Source: an uncultured delta proteobacterium
GTDB lineage: Bacteria; Desulfobacterota; Binatia; UBA9968
DNA length: 64,000 nucleotides
Assembly: GCA_963727625.1 (NCBI GenBank)
Contig: CAVSHR010000006.1
Location: forward strand, 292,782-356,781
Direction of reading: 5' to 3'
Of this stretch, positions 33,427 to 43,401 are shown piece by piece (the stretch's first letter is position 1; every line of letters starts with the position of its first letter). The notes under the pieces are model-generated. The model worked only from the letters and a program-made list of their open reading frames with translations, had not been told where the DNA came from and searched no databases. The translations under genes and the position numbers were made by a program.

Positions 33427-34338
33427 ATGTTTAGGCCTCATCTACTCCATGCGCTTAAGCTTCTAGCCATCAGTTGCCTGAGTGTCTGCGCGCTTTTTCA
33501 GGGCGTCGCCCAGAGTCAACCAGTCAGCGATGAATTGGTCGCCAAAGGCCAGTATATTTTTGCTCTCGCCGGCGGGTGCGCCTGCCATACGGTCCCGAAA
33601 GGAACCCCAAACGCCGGCGCGCGTGCTTTTCCCATTCCCTTCGGCACGGTTTACAGCACCAACATGACCCAGGACAAAGAAACCGGCTTGGGCGGCTGGA
33701 CAGATCGACAAATTATCGACGCCGTAATCAAAGGGATTCGCCGCGACGGCAGCCGGATTCTGCCGGTGATGCCCTATGAAAAATATTCGGGCATGGCGCA
33801 GGAGGATTTGACCGCGCTGGTCGCCTTTCTCAAAACCCTAAAGCCTGCGCGTAAAGCGACTCCCGCGCTTAAGACCTGGGTACCGTTCATGCGCAGTCTG
33901 GGAACTTTTGTTTATCTCAAATTATTCGGGCATTTCAGCAACTCGACGGCGCAGGCGCCGAAAAGCGGCATCGAACGCGGCCGCTACTTGGTGGATCATG
34001 TTGCGCTTTGCGGCGACTGCCACACGCCGCGGAATTCGATCGGCGTCCCGCAGCAATCGCTTTATCTTTCCGGCGCCGGCGAAAAAATCGGCCCGTTAGG
34101 CGAGGCCGTGCCAAACATCACGCCGGACAAGGAAACCGGTATCGGAGATTGGAAACGCGAAGATATCGCCGAACTGCTTATCACCGCCACCAAACCCGAC
34201 CTCGACAACGTCCAGGGACTCATGTACGAAGTGATTCAGGGTACGCCGCACGGCTACAAAGACATGAAAAAAGAGGACGCGCTGGCGATCGCGGATTACT
34301 TGAAATCGATCCCGCCGGTGAAAAACAAGGTCAAATAA
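33427..34338 (+). CDS. Diheme cytochrome c (first motif CxCH, second CxxCH)
   Basis: Signal peptide; GGCACHT, NMTQDKETGLG.W, PVMPY, CGDCHTPRN, PNITPDKETGIG. Confidence 0.9.
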   Translation: MFRPHLLHALKLLAISCLSVCALFQGVAQSQPVSDELVAKGQYIFALAGGCACHTVPKGTPNAGARAFPIPFGTVYSTNMTQDKETGLGGWTDRQIIDAVIKGIRRDGSRILPVMPYEKYSGMAQEDLTALVAFLKTLKPARKATPALKTWVPFMRSLGTFVYLKLFGHFSNSTAQAPKSGIERGRYLVDHVALCGDCHTPRNSIGVPQQSLYLSGAGEKIGPLGEAVPNITPDKETGIGDWKREDIAELLITATKPDLDNVQGLMYEVIQGTPHGYKDMKKEDALAIADYLKSIPPVKNKVK

Positions 34339-34370
34339 AACCGAGCGTAATCGACCGCAATGAGCGGCGG

Positions 34371-35357
34371 CTAGTTCCGCGGCACTTGATTAACGATCTC
34401 GCCGATCACTTGATCCGCCGTGATATTCTCGGCTTCGGCCTGGAAGTTGAAGATGATGCGGTGGCGCAGCGCGGCAAAAACGATCTGTTCAACATCTTCG
34501 TAGCTCACATGCACGCGGTTTTCGGCCAGGGCCTTGCCCTTAGCGCCGAGAATGATCGCCTGCGCGCCGCGCGGGCTGGAACCGAATCGGATATATTGCT
34601 TCACCGCTGCCTGGGCCGGGCCACCGTTGGGCGTTTCAGGTTGGGTCGCGTGCACTAAACGGACGACGTAGTCCTCGATCGGCGGCGCAATCATGACTTG
34701 CCGCAGCAGCTGTTTCATGTCGCGGACCAATTTGCCGCCGTCATCGGGCAGCACTTTTGAAATCTCTCCGGTGGCCGTGCCGGTGGTGCGCTTGAGAATT
34801 TCCTTGAGTTCGGCCGGCTCCGGCGATGTCACCAAGAGCTTGAAAAAAAATCGATCGAGCTGCGCTTCGGGCAATGGATAGGTGCCTTCCAGCTCGATGG
34901 GATTCTGCGTCGCCAGAACCATGAAAGGCGATTCAAGGATATGGGAGTCGCCGAATACCGTCACTTGCTTCTCTTCCATCGCCTCCAGCACTGCCGATTG
35001 CGTTTTTGGTGTCGCCCGGTTAATCTCGTCGGCCAGCACCACATGCGCGAAAATCGGTCCCTGCTTGAACTGAAATTCGCGCCGCCCGTTGGTTTCGGTG
35101 AGCACTTCGGTACCGACGATATCCGACGGCATCAAGTCCGGCGTGAATTGAATCCGTTTGAACGACATTCCCAGCGCTTGGCTCAAGGATTTGACCAAGA
35201 GCGTTTTGCCTAAGCCGGGCACGCCTTCGAGCAACACATGTCCGCCAGCGAAAAAAGCGATCAAGACTTTGCGAATGATCTCATCGTGGCCGACGATGAC
35301 TTTCTGCACCTCCGCTTCGATACGCTTGAAAGTAGCTTGAAATTGGTCCGGTTCCAT
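34371..35357 (-). CDS. moxR: MoxR family AAA+ ATPase
   Basis: LLEGVPGLGKT, RIQFTPDLMPSD, LADEINRA, ATQNPIE.EGTYPLPEAQLDRF, GSSPR. Confidence 0.95.
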   Translation of the reverse strand: MEPDQFQATFKRIEAEVQKVIVGHDEIIRKVLIAFFAGGHVLLEGVPGLGKTLLVKSLSQALGMSFKRIQFTPDLMPSDIVGTEVLTETNGRREFQFKQGPIFAHVVLADEINRATPKTQSAVLEAMEEKQVTVFGDSHILESPFMVLATQNPIELEGTYPLPEAQLDRFFFKLLVTSPEPAELKEILKRTTGTATGEISKVLPDDGGKLVRDMKQLLRQVMIAPPIEDYVVRLVHATQPETPNGGPAQAAVKQYIRFGSSPRGAQAIILGAKGKALAENRVHVSYEDVEQIVFAALRHRIIFNFQAEAENITADQVIGEIVNQVPRN

Positions 35358-35373
35358 CACACTCCTTTTCACG

Positions 35374-36759
35374 TCAACGAATGATGCCGCGGTATTCGAT
35401 GGGCAACGGTTGCTTTTCGGTCGGGGCGTTGGGCACATGGGCGGGCAGGGGCACGTTGCTGACCGGAACTTGGGTTTTAGTCCGGTTGTTTTTCGACTCT
35501 TTGGTGGCGCGGGTCTCGCCCTTGGTATCTGCGACGACGTCCTCGGGCAGTTGCACGGTCACGTAACGCGCACCCTTGAGGCCGTCCTTCCCTTCGCCGG
35601 GCCGGTAGAAACGTTCGGCCGGCGGCCCGCCTTGCGGCGGCGCTTCCGCAGCGGCTTGTTCCTTGCCGGCGCCTTCTTTCGAACCGCCTTGAGTCTTGCC
35701 GGCTTTTTCACGCGAATCTTTGCCCGGTTGGTTTGGATCCGGTTGATTGTTTTTGCCGTCACCCTGACGATTCTTGTCTTGTCCCGGTTCTTTGGGATTG
35801 CCTTGCGCGGATTTCCCTTGATCCATATCCTGGCCCAACTGGGTGGTTGATTCACCTTTACTCTCGCCGCTGCCGCCTTGGCTTTGCTTGCTTTCCCCCT
35901 GGCCTTCTTGTTGTGCGTTGGTTTGTAGTCCGCCGCCGCCCTTTTCTTGGTCTTTTTTCTGTTCCTGTCCGCTCGCCGACTGCTGTTGCTCTGTGCCACT
36001 GAGTGCGCTCGCCGCTTGACCGAGCAGATCCCGATTATCCTTCTGCTCTTCTTTCTTTTGCTGCTCCGCGATTTTTTGCTCGAGCTTCTGCACCAGCGTT
36101 TGTTTCTCATTGGCTGAGGTTTTCGGATCCTCGATCTTGGCGGCGAGCGCTTCGAGTTCTTTAGCCAAGGCCTTGAGATCGGGTTTTTTCGCCAGCTCGC
36201 GCGCGACTTCGCGCAATTGCTGCGAGAGCGTCGCCGGATGGCGCGCCGACTGCGCTACGGGCAAGAACAAATACAGCAAAAGAACCGCGACCAGCGAGCC
36301 TCCAGCAGACCAATAAGCCGATCGTTTGAAGCGATAGGGAAAATCGCGCTTGAGCTCAATACGTCCGAGATAACCGCTGGTTTGTTGACGGAGCCGCGCC
36401 AAAAACGAATTCGGTTGATACGCCGAATCGACCGTTGTCAGAGTGAGAAAGTGGTCCTTCGCCCCCGTCTGGCGATCCGCCAAGCGTGCGGCCACAGGGA
36501 TATTCGCTATCCTCGAACGCTGGCGCAGCCAAACGGCGAGCAGCGCTAATCCGAGGGCGAGCGTAACCGTGAGAATAGCGGCGACCGGGCTCAACCACGA
36601 CGCCGAGAAAAGCATGGCCACGGCGAAAGTCCACGCGGCGACCGGCGGCAAGAAAATCAGCAGCGAATCCCAAAGCCAATGGCGGTTCAGACGAGCAGCC
36701 AAGCGCCGGATTAGACTTTCGGGCCGTTCGTGATCTGGAAGACGCGAAGACTCCTGCAT
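35374..36759 (-). CDS. Membrane protein with coiled coil and Gln/Gly-rich low-complexity tail (MoxR-associated)
   Basis: Three N-terminal TMs, coiled coil, QG-rich tail ending LPIEYRGIIR. Confidence 0.8.
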   Translation of the reverse strand: MQESSRLPDHERPESLIRRLAARLNRHWLWDSLLIFLPPVAAWTFAVAMLFSASWLSPVAAILTVTLALGLALLAVWLRQRSRIANIPVAARLADRQTGAKDHFLTLTTVDSAYQPNSFLARLRQQTSGYLGRIELKRDFPYRFKRSAYWSAGGSLVAVLLLYLFLPVAQSARHPATLSQQLREVARELAKKPDLKALAKELEALAAKIEDPKTSANEKQTLVQKLEQKIAEQQKKEEQKDNRDLLGQAASALSGTEQQQSASGQEQKKDQEKGGGGLQTNAQQEGQGESKQSQGGSGESKGESTTQLGQDMDQGKSAQGNPKEPGQDKNRQGDGKNNQPDPNQPGKDSREKAGKTQGGSKEGAGKEQAAAEAPPQGGPPAERFYRPGEGKDGLKGARYVTVQLPEDVVADTKGETRATKESKNNRTKTQVPVSNVPLPAHVPNAPTEKQPLPIEYRGIIR

Positions 36760-36802
36760 CGCCGAACTATAACATGTTGATTACGGACGCTGAAGCTCGC
36801 CT

Positions 36803-37837
36803 CTAGCGGCGTCCGTGAGCCCTGGAACGGCCGGCCGACGATGCGCGAACGGGTTGGTAAATCTTTACCGCTTTGTTGTGCGCCTCGATGGTCTCGGAGA
36901 ATAGATGAGTTCCGTCATTCTTGGATACAAAGTAGAGGTAAGGAACTTGCGCCGGATCCAGCGCGGCGCGGATGGAAGCCAGACTCGGATTGCAGATCGG
37001 CCCGGGCGGCAACGCAGCGATCTTATAAGTATTGTAGGGAGTCGGCTCATTCAAATGCTTTCGCGTCAGGTTGCCGTCGAAATTCTTCAGGCCGTAAATC
37101 ACGGTCGGATCGCTTTGCAGTGGCATTTGCAGTTTCAGCCGGTTGTGAAATACAGCCGACACCAAGGGTCGCTCGGCGTCGATGCCCGTTTCTTTCTCAA
37201 TGACCGAGGCAAGCGTGAGAATTTCACGGGGAGCCAATCCATTTTTCCTGTCGCCTTGGAGCAATAGCGGCAAGGACACTTTGCGGAACTGCTCGACCAT
37301 GGTCAGGATTATGTCTTTCTCCGGAGTTGACGGCGTGAAGTTATAGGTGCTGGGAAACAGATAGCCTTCGAGTCCTTTGCCTTGCAAACCGAGGGTCGCG
37401 AGCAAATTGGGATCGGCGGCTTCGGCAAGAAATTTGTCCTTGCTGGCGATCTCCATCTTTTCCAACAGCTCGGCGATCTCCTGCACCGTCATGCCCTCCG
37501 GAATCGTGACGGTTTGGAAGACGCCCCTGCCGGTGACCAGTCGGTCGAGAATCTCCCGCGGCGCAACACTGCTCTCGAAGCGATAAAGGCCCGGATGGAC
37601 CTTTTTTTCGGCGCCGCTCAAACGGGCCCAGAGGGAAAACAAAAAACCGTTGGAGATGATGTTCTGATTGCGCAGCTTGCGTACCACGGAGGCCAACGAA
37701 TCGCCCTGCTCGACACGGATCTCGGCCGGATATAAACCCGCTGCCGGTGTGAAATAAAAAATATGGTAAACCAGTAAGCCCGCCGGCAAAGCGACGCAAA
37801 GGAGAATAACGATGACAATGGAACGTACGATTTTCAC
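36803..37837 (-). CDS. mltG: Endolytic transglycosylase
   Basis: TIPEG, LEGYLFPSTY, LASVIEKE, LQSDPTV, PYNTY, LPPGPICNP, YLYFV; GTG start at 37837 inferred. Confidence 0.93.
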   Translation of the reverse strand: MKIVRSIVIVILLCVALPAGLLVYHIFYFTPAAGLYPAEIRVEQGDSLASVVRKLRNQNIISNGFLFSLWARLSGAEKKVHPGLYRFESSVAPREILDRLVTGRGVFQTVTIPEGMTVQEIAELLEKMEIASKDKFLAEAADPNLLATLGLQGKGLEGYLFPSTYNFTPSTPEKDIILTMVEQFRKVSLPLLLQGDRKNGLAPREILTLASVIEKETGIDAERPLVSAVFHNRLKLQMPLQSDPTVIYGLKNFDGNLTRKHLNEPTPYNTYKIAALPPGPICNPSLASIRAALDPAQVPYLYFVSKNDGTHLFSETIEAHNKAVKIYQPVRASSAGRSRAHGRR

Positions 37838-37893
37838 GATCGGCAGTCGGGATGTGACGGGGGAGTTAGGTAGGCTTCGAAATCGACGGCAAC

Positions 37894-38460
37894 TTAGTTT
37901 TCGGTGATATTCACTTTCATCCAACCCTCGATTTGGCGCACAAAACCGGCGAACGGGTCTTCTCCCGGCGCCGTGGCGAAATAGGCCTTCCGTGTGTAAT
38001 CCAGGGCACCGGAATAATATTCGAATTTTTTCGACAGCTCTTGATAGAGAAAATAGCCGGTGCGATACAGTGAAAGGTCGAGTTCGGATACCGTCCAATA
38101 GGAGCGACTACCCTCCCGGATGTAATAATCGAGGGAACCGATTCCCTCCACATAATTGCGAAAAATCCCGCTCATGAACAGGGCATAATCGCCGGTATAT
38201 TTCCGCAATGAGCGTTCTCTAAGAACATCTTTGTCTTCACCGGCGTCGGCCGGCCGCGCCAGTATTTCCACCACGCGGTCGACTCTACGGCCGGCGCGAC
38301 CACGAAATTTATACAGGTTGTCCGCCCGGGCAAAATCCGCCAACACATCGGCGACATAGCTCGCCACCGTGGCATCGTAGATCCCCAACTGCCAGAAGCT
38401 CTGGCGCACGACGTCAAGAAAGAATTTCTGCAACCGGTTGTCCGATGTCTTAGTTTCCAT
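37894..38460 (-). CDS. Conserved-looking hypothetical protein
   Basis: Helical protein with YVADVLADF and GDYALFMSGIF..YYIREG..Y motifs. Confidence 0.8.
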   Translation of the reverse strand: METKTSDNRLQKFFLDVVRQSFWQLGIYDATVASYVADVLADFARADNLYKFRGRAGRRVDRVVEILARPADAGEDKDVLRERSLRKYTGDYALFMSGIFRNYVEGIGSLDYYIREGSRSYWTVSELDLSLYRTGYFLYQELSKKFEYYSGALDYTRKAYFATAPGEDPFAGFVRQIEGWMKVNITEN

Positions 38461-38741
38461 CGTCCTGGCGTGATCATACCAAAGTTACGCCTGCGTGAAA
38501 AGATTTTTCATACGCCCCCTCTTATCGCCGGGGAAACCGGACTTCGGATTGTCGTGATTTCTCCGGTCAAGGCTATGATATATATAATGTCAAGGGAAGA
38601 CAGTCCGCCGGATTGACGGATTCCACGGCAAATTTGCTAGGCTCGAGCGAGCAGGTGAGTTAAGTTAATGAAGGACATCGTCACGCGATCTATGCGGTGT
38701 ATTTATCGTAGCGACCGGCGTGCCGGGGACGTTCGGACCGA

Positions 38742-39587
38742 ATGTTAAGATCAGAAACGCGCCTCTGGCGCGCGGTTTTTCTTGTGGCTTTTTTCTCTTT
38801 ACCCGCGGGTTGTAGAATTGAAGATCGCTTGATCTTTCAACCGAGCCCGACCGTCGAACACACGCCCCGAACCGCCGGGCTTGAATTTCAAGATCTGTTT
38901 TTCACGGCCCGGGATGGCGTCCGGCTCCATGGCTGGCATATCCCTCATCGCGAAGCCCGTTCCACACTGGTCTGGTTTCATGGCAATGCCGGCAACATCA
39001 GTCACCGGATCGACAATATAAAACGGCTGCATGACAAGGTCGCGGTAAATATTTTTATCTTCGACTACCGGGGCTACGGCCGCAGCGCAGGCATTGCGTC
39101 CGAGGAAGGCACTTATCTGGACGGTGAAGCCGCGCTCGATTTGGTTCGCAAAGAACTCGCTGCCGAGCCCGGTAAAACGGTTCTCTTCGGGCGCTCTCTT
39201 GGGGCCGCCATCGCCGCCGAGATGGCCAACCGCTACGCTGTTCAGGCGTTGATTTTGGAGAGTCCGTTTATTTCCATACCCGAGATGGCCCGCGTCGTGC
39301 TGCCGTTTCTACCGATCGGACCTTTGCTGCAAACTCGCTACGATACCCGGGCAAAAATTCAAAGCGTCACCGTGCCGGTTCTGGTGCTCCACGGCGACCG
39401 TGACGAAGTCGTGCCCTTTGCGCAGGGCAAAAAAGTCTTCGATGCGGCCCCCGAACCAAAAAAGTTTTTCAAAATTGTCGGCGCCGGGCACAACGACACC
39501 TATGAAGTCGGCGGCGAAGTTTATTTTCAGCAGCTCAAAGGATTTATCGACTGGACGACATCCCGGGTGCATCGTCCCGGCGGCTGA
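38742..39587 (+). CDS. Alpha/beta hydrolase (ABHD13/BEM46-like)
   Basis: FHGNAGN, FDYRGYG, GRSLG, HGDRDEVVP, GAGHND. Confidence 0.92.
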   Translation: MLRSETRLWRAVFLVAFFSLPAGCRIEDRLIFQPSPTVEHTPRTAGLEFQDLFFTARDGVRLHGWHIPHREARSTLVWFHGNAGNISHRIDNIKRLHDKVAVNIFIFDYRGYGRSAGIASEEGTYLDGEAALDLVRKELAAEPGKTVLFGRSLGAAIAAEMANRYAVQALILESPFISIPEMARVVLPFLPIGPLLQTRYDTRAKIQSVTVPVLVLHGDRDEVVPFAQGKKVFDAAPEPKKFFKIVGAGHNDTYEVGGEVYFQQLKGFIDWTTSRVHRPGG

Positions 39588-39632
39588 GCCAGCGACACCG
39601 ATTAACCGAGGCGGGGATAATTATCGAGAGAC

Positions 39633-41360
39633 TCAATCTAACGGCCGGATGACGCAGCCGCCGCTTTGGGCGTAGCCGTTTCTTACGTACTGCGAAATCA
39701 TCCGTTGGGTGTTAAAGAACGACGCGTTCAACGCGATCGACCCACGCATCACTTCGGCATATTTTTCCGGTTCCTTGTAAAAGATCGGCAAAATGACATG
39801 TTCGAGCTTTTCATATAGCGAGGCTGCTTCTGCGACGGAATTATTTTCAGTCTCGGCGGCGGCGCCGATCGACCAGCCGGTCACTCCTTCGACATGACCT
39901 TCGATCCACCAACCGTCGAGAATGCTGAAGCTCGGCACACCGTTGAGCGCCGCCTTCATGCCGCTGGTGCCCGAGGCCTCCTGCGGCCGAAGGGGCGTGT
40001 TGAGCCAGATATCAACGCCGGAACAGAGCAGTTTTCCTAGCGCCATATCGTAATTTTCCAGGTACACGATCCGCACTTCGTTGGCGAGCGCCGCGGCCGC
40101 CTCGAAAATATGCCGGATAATTTCCTTGCCGCCCTCATCGCGCGGATGTGCCTTACCGGCATAGATCAGCTGGATTGGACCCGCTTGGCGGGCGATTTGT
40201 TTAAGCAGATCGAGATCCGTGAAGAGCAGGTCGCCGCGCTTGTAGGCCGTAGCGCGCCGGGCAAAACCGACGGTAAAAACCTTCTGATCGAGTTGATTGC
40301 CGGTACGCCAACGAACCTGGCGCAGGAGTTCTTTTTTGGCGTCCTCATGGGCGGCGCGGATTTCGCCCAGCGGTATACCGACCGCGTAACGCAAATAGCA
40401 ATTGTCGCTGCGCCAACCGTTCATGTGTCGATCGTATAACGCGGCCAATGGAGCGGCCGCCCAAGTGGCCGCATGTACGCCGTTGGTAATCGCGCTGATC
40501 CGATAATTGGGAAACATATTGCGCGTCACCTCGCCATGACGCATCGAGACGCCGTTGACAAAGCCGGAGAACCGCAGCGCCAATTCGGTCATGTTCAACG
40601 AGCCGTTTAGGAGCTGCAAGCGGGCCAACATGTTGGCCCGGCTATCACCGAGAACTTGATAGATCAAACCGGTATCGAAACGGTCATGGCCGGCCGGGAC
40701 CGGCGTGTGCGTCGTGAATGCGCAACGGCCTCGCAGCGCTTCGACGTCAGGTTCCGAAAAGCTTCGTTCGGGCCGGGATCCGATCTGTTCTTCAAGCAGC
40801 GCCAGTGTGGCTAAGGCGGAATGGCCCTCGTTCATATGGAAAACCTGCAGCTCGGCATATCCCAGTACGCGCAACATCGCCACGCCGCCCAATCCCAAAA
40901 TCGCTTCTTGGCAGAGCCGGTAGCGCTGATCGCCGCCATAAAGGAAATCGGTCAAACCCCGATCCGCCGGGCTGTTTTCGGCAAGGTCCGTGTCGAGAAG
41001 GAGCAACGGCACGGCATGACCGGTGATACCGGAAAACAGATATTGCCAGGCGGCGACCCGAACTTCCCGGCCTTCGATGGATACCGAAACTATCGGTTCG
41101 AGTCGTAGGAGGCGCTTTTCCGGCGACCACTCGGCGGGGCTTTCCAACTGGTTGCCTTGGGAGTCGAGCCGTTGATTGAAATAGCCCTTGCGGTGAACCA
41201 GTGAAACCGCAATCATGGGAATTTCAAGATCGGCAGCTGAGCGCAGCATGTCCCCGGCCAAAACACCCAGCCCGCCGCTATAGGTCGGGATCCCGGAATC
41301 GACGGCGACGTCCATCGAGAAATAGGCAACGGTCCCCATACGGGGCAAGGCATTACTCAT
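39633..41360 (-). CDS. glgP: Alpha-glucan (glycogen) phosphorylase, short form
   Basis: YSGGLGVLAGD, HMNEGH, FTTHTPVPAG, ITNGVH, FARRATAYKR, EASGTSGMKA. Confidence 0.95.
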   Translation of the reverse strand: MSNALPRMGTVAYFSMDVAVDSGIPTYSGGLGVLAGDMLRSAADLEIPMIAVSLVHRKGYFNQRLDSQGNQLESPAEWSPEKRLLRLEPIVSVSIEGREVRVAAWQYLFSGITGHAVPLLLLDTDLAENSPADRGLTDFLYGGDQRYRLCQEAILGLGGVAMLRVLGYAELQVFHMNEGHSALATLALLEEQIGSRPERSFSEPDVEALRGRCAFTTHTPVPAGHDRFDTGLIYQVLGDSRANMLARLQLLNGSLNMTELALRFSGFVNGVSMRHGEVTRNMFPNYRISAITNGVHAATWAAAPLAALYDRHMNGWRSDNCYLRYAVGIPLGEIRAAHEDAKKELLRQVRWRTGNQLDQKVFTVGFARRATAYKRGDLLFTDLDLLKQIARQAGPIQLIYAGKAHPRDEGGKEIIRHIFEAAAALANEVRIVYLENYDMALGKLLCSGVDIWLNTPLRPQEASGTSGMKAALNGVPSFSILDGWWIEGHVEGVTGWSIGAAAETENNSVAEAASLYEKLEHVILPIFYKEPEKYAEVMRGSIALNASFFNTQRMISQYVRNGYAQSGGCVIRPLD

Positions 41361-41654
41361 AACGCTTCTTTTTTGACGATGCTAAGAATCACTCGATAAT
41401 GGCTGGATCGCGCAGCGCAGACTTCTGGCATTCATCGATCATAGTAAGCGATAGCATAACGCTGTTCCGCCGGCAATTAACCTCACGCGAAGTTCTTCTG
41501 CCATAGCCAACCAAACGCAAAGCTGAAGCCAGCGGCAATCAATCCTAGGATTGTCGAACTACCAGGAAACCGTCGGACAAATTGGCGGCCTCAGGCGCTG
41601 CGGTACTGGGCAACGCTGTTTTTTTGAACACCCAATCTTTTATTTTAGAGTGTC

Positions 41655-42374
41655 CTAGCGCAAACTGAAGGCGTCCCGCACCTCCTCCCAGGAACGGTAA
41701 CCCCCTAAGCTGCGCAATACCGCCACGGTGGGCGGCATTATACGAAAATTATCTGCTTGGCCTCGCTCAAGGGCGGCGTCGGGAGTAATCCATAAACTTT
41801 CCGAAACTTCCTCTGAGGCGTGGAGCGGGCTTTGATCCGGCGGCAGCGCGGCGAGATAAAAATACGTGTCGAACCGGACAGAATAATGCTCCGGCGTGAC
41901 CCGATGAAAAAAATATCTTAGTCGCGCCACGTCGCAACACAGCCCCTCGGTGGCCAAGAGCTTCGGCAAATTGATTTCGCCTCGTTGCAGCGCCGCCCGC
42001 TGACTGGCCAGGCGCTCGAATAATTTCTTTCGTGACGTGTCGAAACCCTCGTCGGTGTTAGATACAAAAAATTGGATGCCCGCCTCTTCGAAAAGCTCCC
42101 GCACCGCCGCCACCCAGTAGCCCAGACAAATTTCGCCTTGCAGCTCCGAGCCAAGTTTCTGCTGCGCTTCGGCGGCGGTAAGCCCACGAGTCAGACCGAT
42201 CATTTCGCTTGAATAGTCACTCTCCTCGACTCTACCGCCGGGAAATACATAAACGCCGGCATAAGTATCCATTTTTTCGGGTCGGCGATTCAAGTAGATT
42301 TCGAAATTGCCTTGGCGGTCGGGCCGGATGAGGACCACAGTCGACGCTGCTTGGGGAGTTGCGGGATGCGGCAT
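41655..42374 (-). CDS. NUDIX hydrolase (NUDT19-like)
   Basis: VFPGGRVE, AAVRELFEEAG, RFDTYFY, IMPPT. Confidence 0.9.
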   Translation of the reverse strand: MPHPATPQAASTVVLIRPDRQGNFEIYLNRRPEKMDTYAGVYVFPGGRVEESDYSSEMIGLTRGLTAAEAQQKLGSELQGEICLGYWVAAVRELFEEAGIQFFVSNTDEGFDTSRKKLFERLASQRAALQRGEINLPKLLATEGLCCDVARLRYFFHRVTPEHYSVRFDTYFYLAALPPDQSPLHASEEVSESLWITPDAALERGQADNFRIMPPTVAVLRSLGGYRSWEEVRDAFSLR

Positions 42375-42456
42375 GGTGTTGTGAGTGCTCGCGAATTCAG
42401 TGTGACGTTGCCAGTTCCGGTTTCGTGGAGTTGTCCTCGAATGGTGGAGCGCCGAT

Positions 42457-43230
42457 TCAGAACCGGGTCGACGGCTTGCCGATATGAATATGAGCCCCCG
42501 TAGCCGCTCCGGGAACCGCGTTTCTGAAGGCGATGAAGGGAATTCCCGCCTGGCGCAGGTAACTCAACAAGACCTGTCCTTCCTTACTACCCGGATGGAG
42601 TGCAACATCCATGGCGTCGCGATGATCAAAGCGCAAGCGGTCATGGGTCGGGGTTTGCCCGAGCGCGCTGATCGGCAGCGCGTGGCCAAAAGTTTCAGAA
42701 AAAAACTTTTCGATCTTTGCCGCCTGCGCCAGCGACCACAATGAGCCCCCGTTAAAACGCAGTAGCGTTGTCGTCTCGCTGTAGCCACCGACGGCGAGGC
42801 CCGGTAAGCGCAGCAGCTCATCGCGCATGTTGGCTTCGGTGATCGCCATATTGGTTTCGTTGATCCAGCGCTTGTCCTCATCGACCCGCCGCATAGCCTC
42901 AATCAACTCGTGCTCGGCTTGGAGCACTTCGTTGCGCGCGATCAAACCTTTGGAATAAAGATCACGACGCTGTTGATAATCATCGGCACGGCGCTGTCGC
43001 TCGGTTTCATGTAACGCCAAAAGTTTTTCCGCGCCGGCTCGGGTATCGTTAATTTTCTCGATGACATCGGCGCGCGCCTTTAAAAGTTCGGACTCGCTTG
43101 GATTGATCCGGCGGCTTAACGTTGATCGAACCGGCGCCCGCTTGCCCCACTCTTGCGCGTTGCCGAGGTGGGAGCTAAGCAACAGCGTTGCAACCAAAAC
43201 CGCTAAACCCTTCCCTGTTAATAATGCCAT
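42457..43230 (-). CDS. Exported coiled-coil protein with C-terminal putative Zn-peptidase (H..D..HxH) domain
   Basis: Signal peptide; coiled coil; THDRLRFDHRDAMDVALHP...ATGAHIHIG. Confidence 0.75.
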   Translation of the reverse strand: MALLTGKGLAVLVATLLLSSHLGNAQEWGKRAPVRSTLSRRINPSESELLKARADVIEKINDTRAGAEKLLALHETERQRRADDYQQRRDLYSKGLIARNEVLQAEHELIEAMRRVDEDKRWINETNMAITEANMRDELLRLPGLAVGGYSETTTLLRFNGGSLWSLAQAAKIEKFFSETFGHALPISALGQTPTHDRLRFDHRDAMDVALHPGSKEGQVLLSYLRQAGIPFIAFRNAVPGAATGAHIHIGKPSTRF

Positions 43231-43401
43231 TCGGTAATCTCAACGCCGCGATGAAGAGCTAGACGGAGTCTAGGAATTTACCTCGCCGCGGTCAAGAAGG
43301 CATATTGGTTGAAAAGCGCGCCCCGCCGTTGTGGCCGGGTTATCGGCGCGATAAAATTGCCATCGAGAAGTTGGTTCATTGAAGGTTGGAATAGAGCGAC
43401 G

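Noticed and set aside
35560-36060. Gln/Gly-rich repeats as a DNA repeat element
   Set aside because: Explained by a low-complexity protein tail
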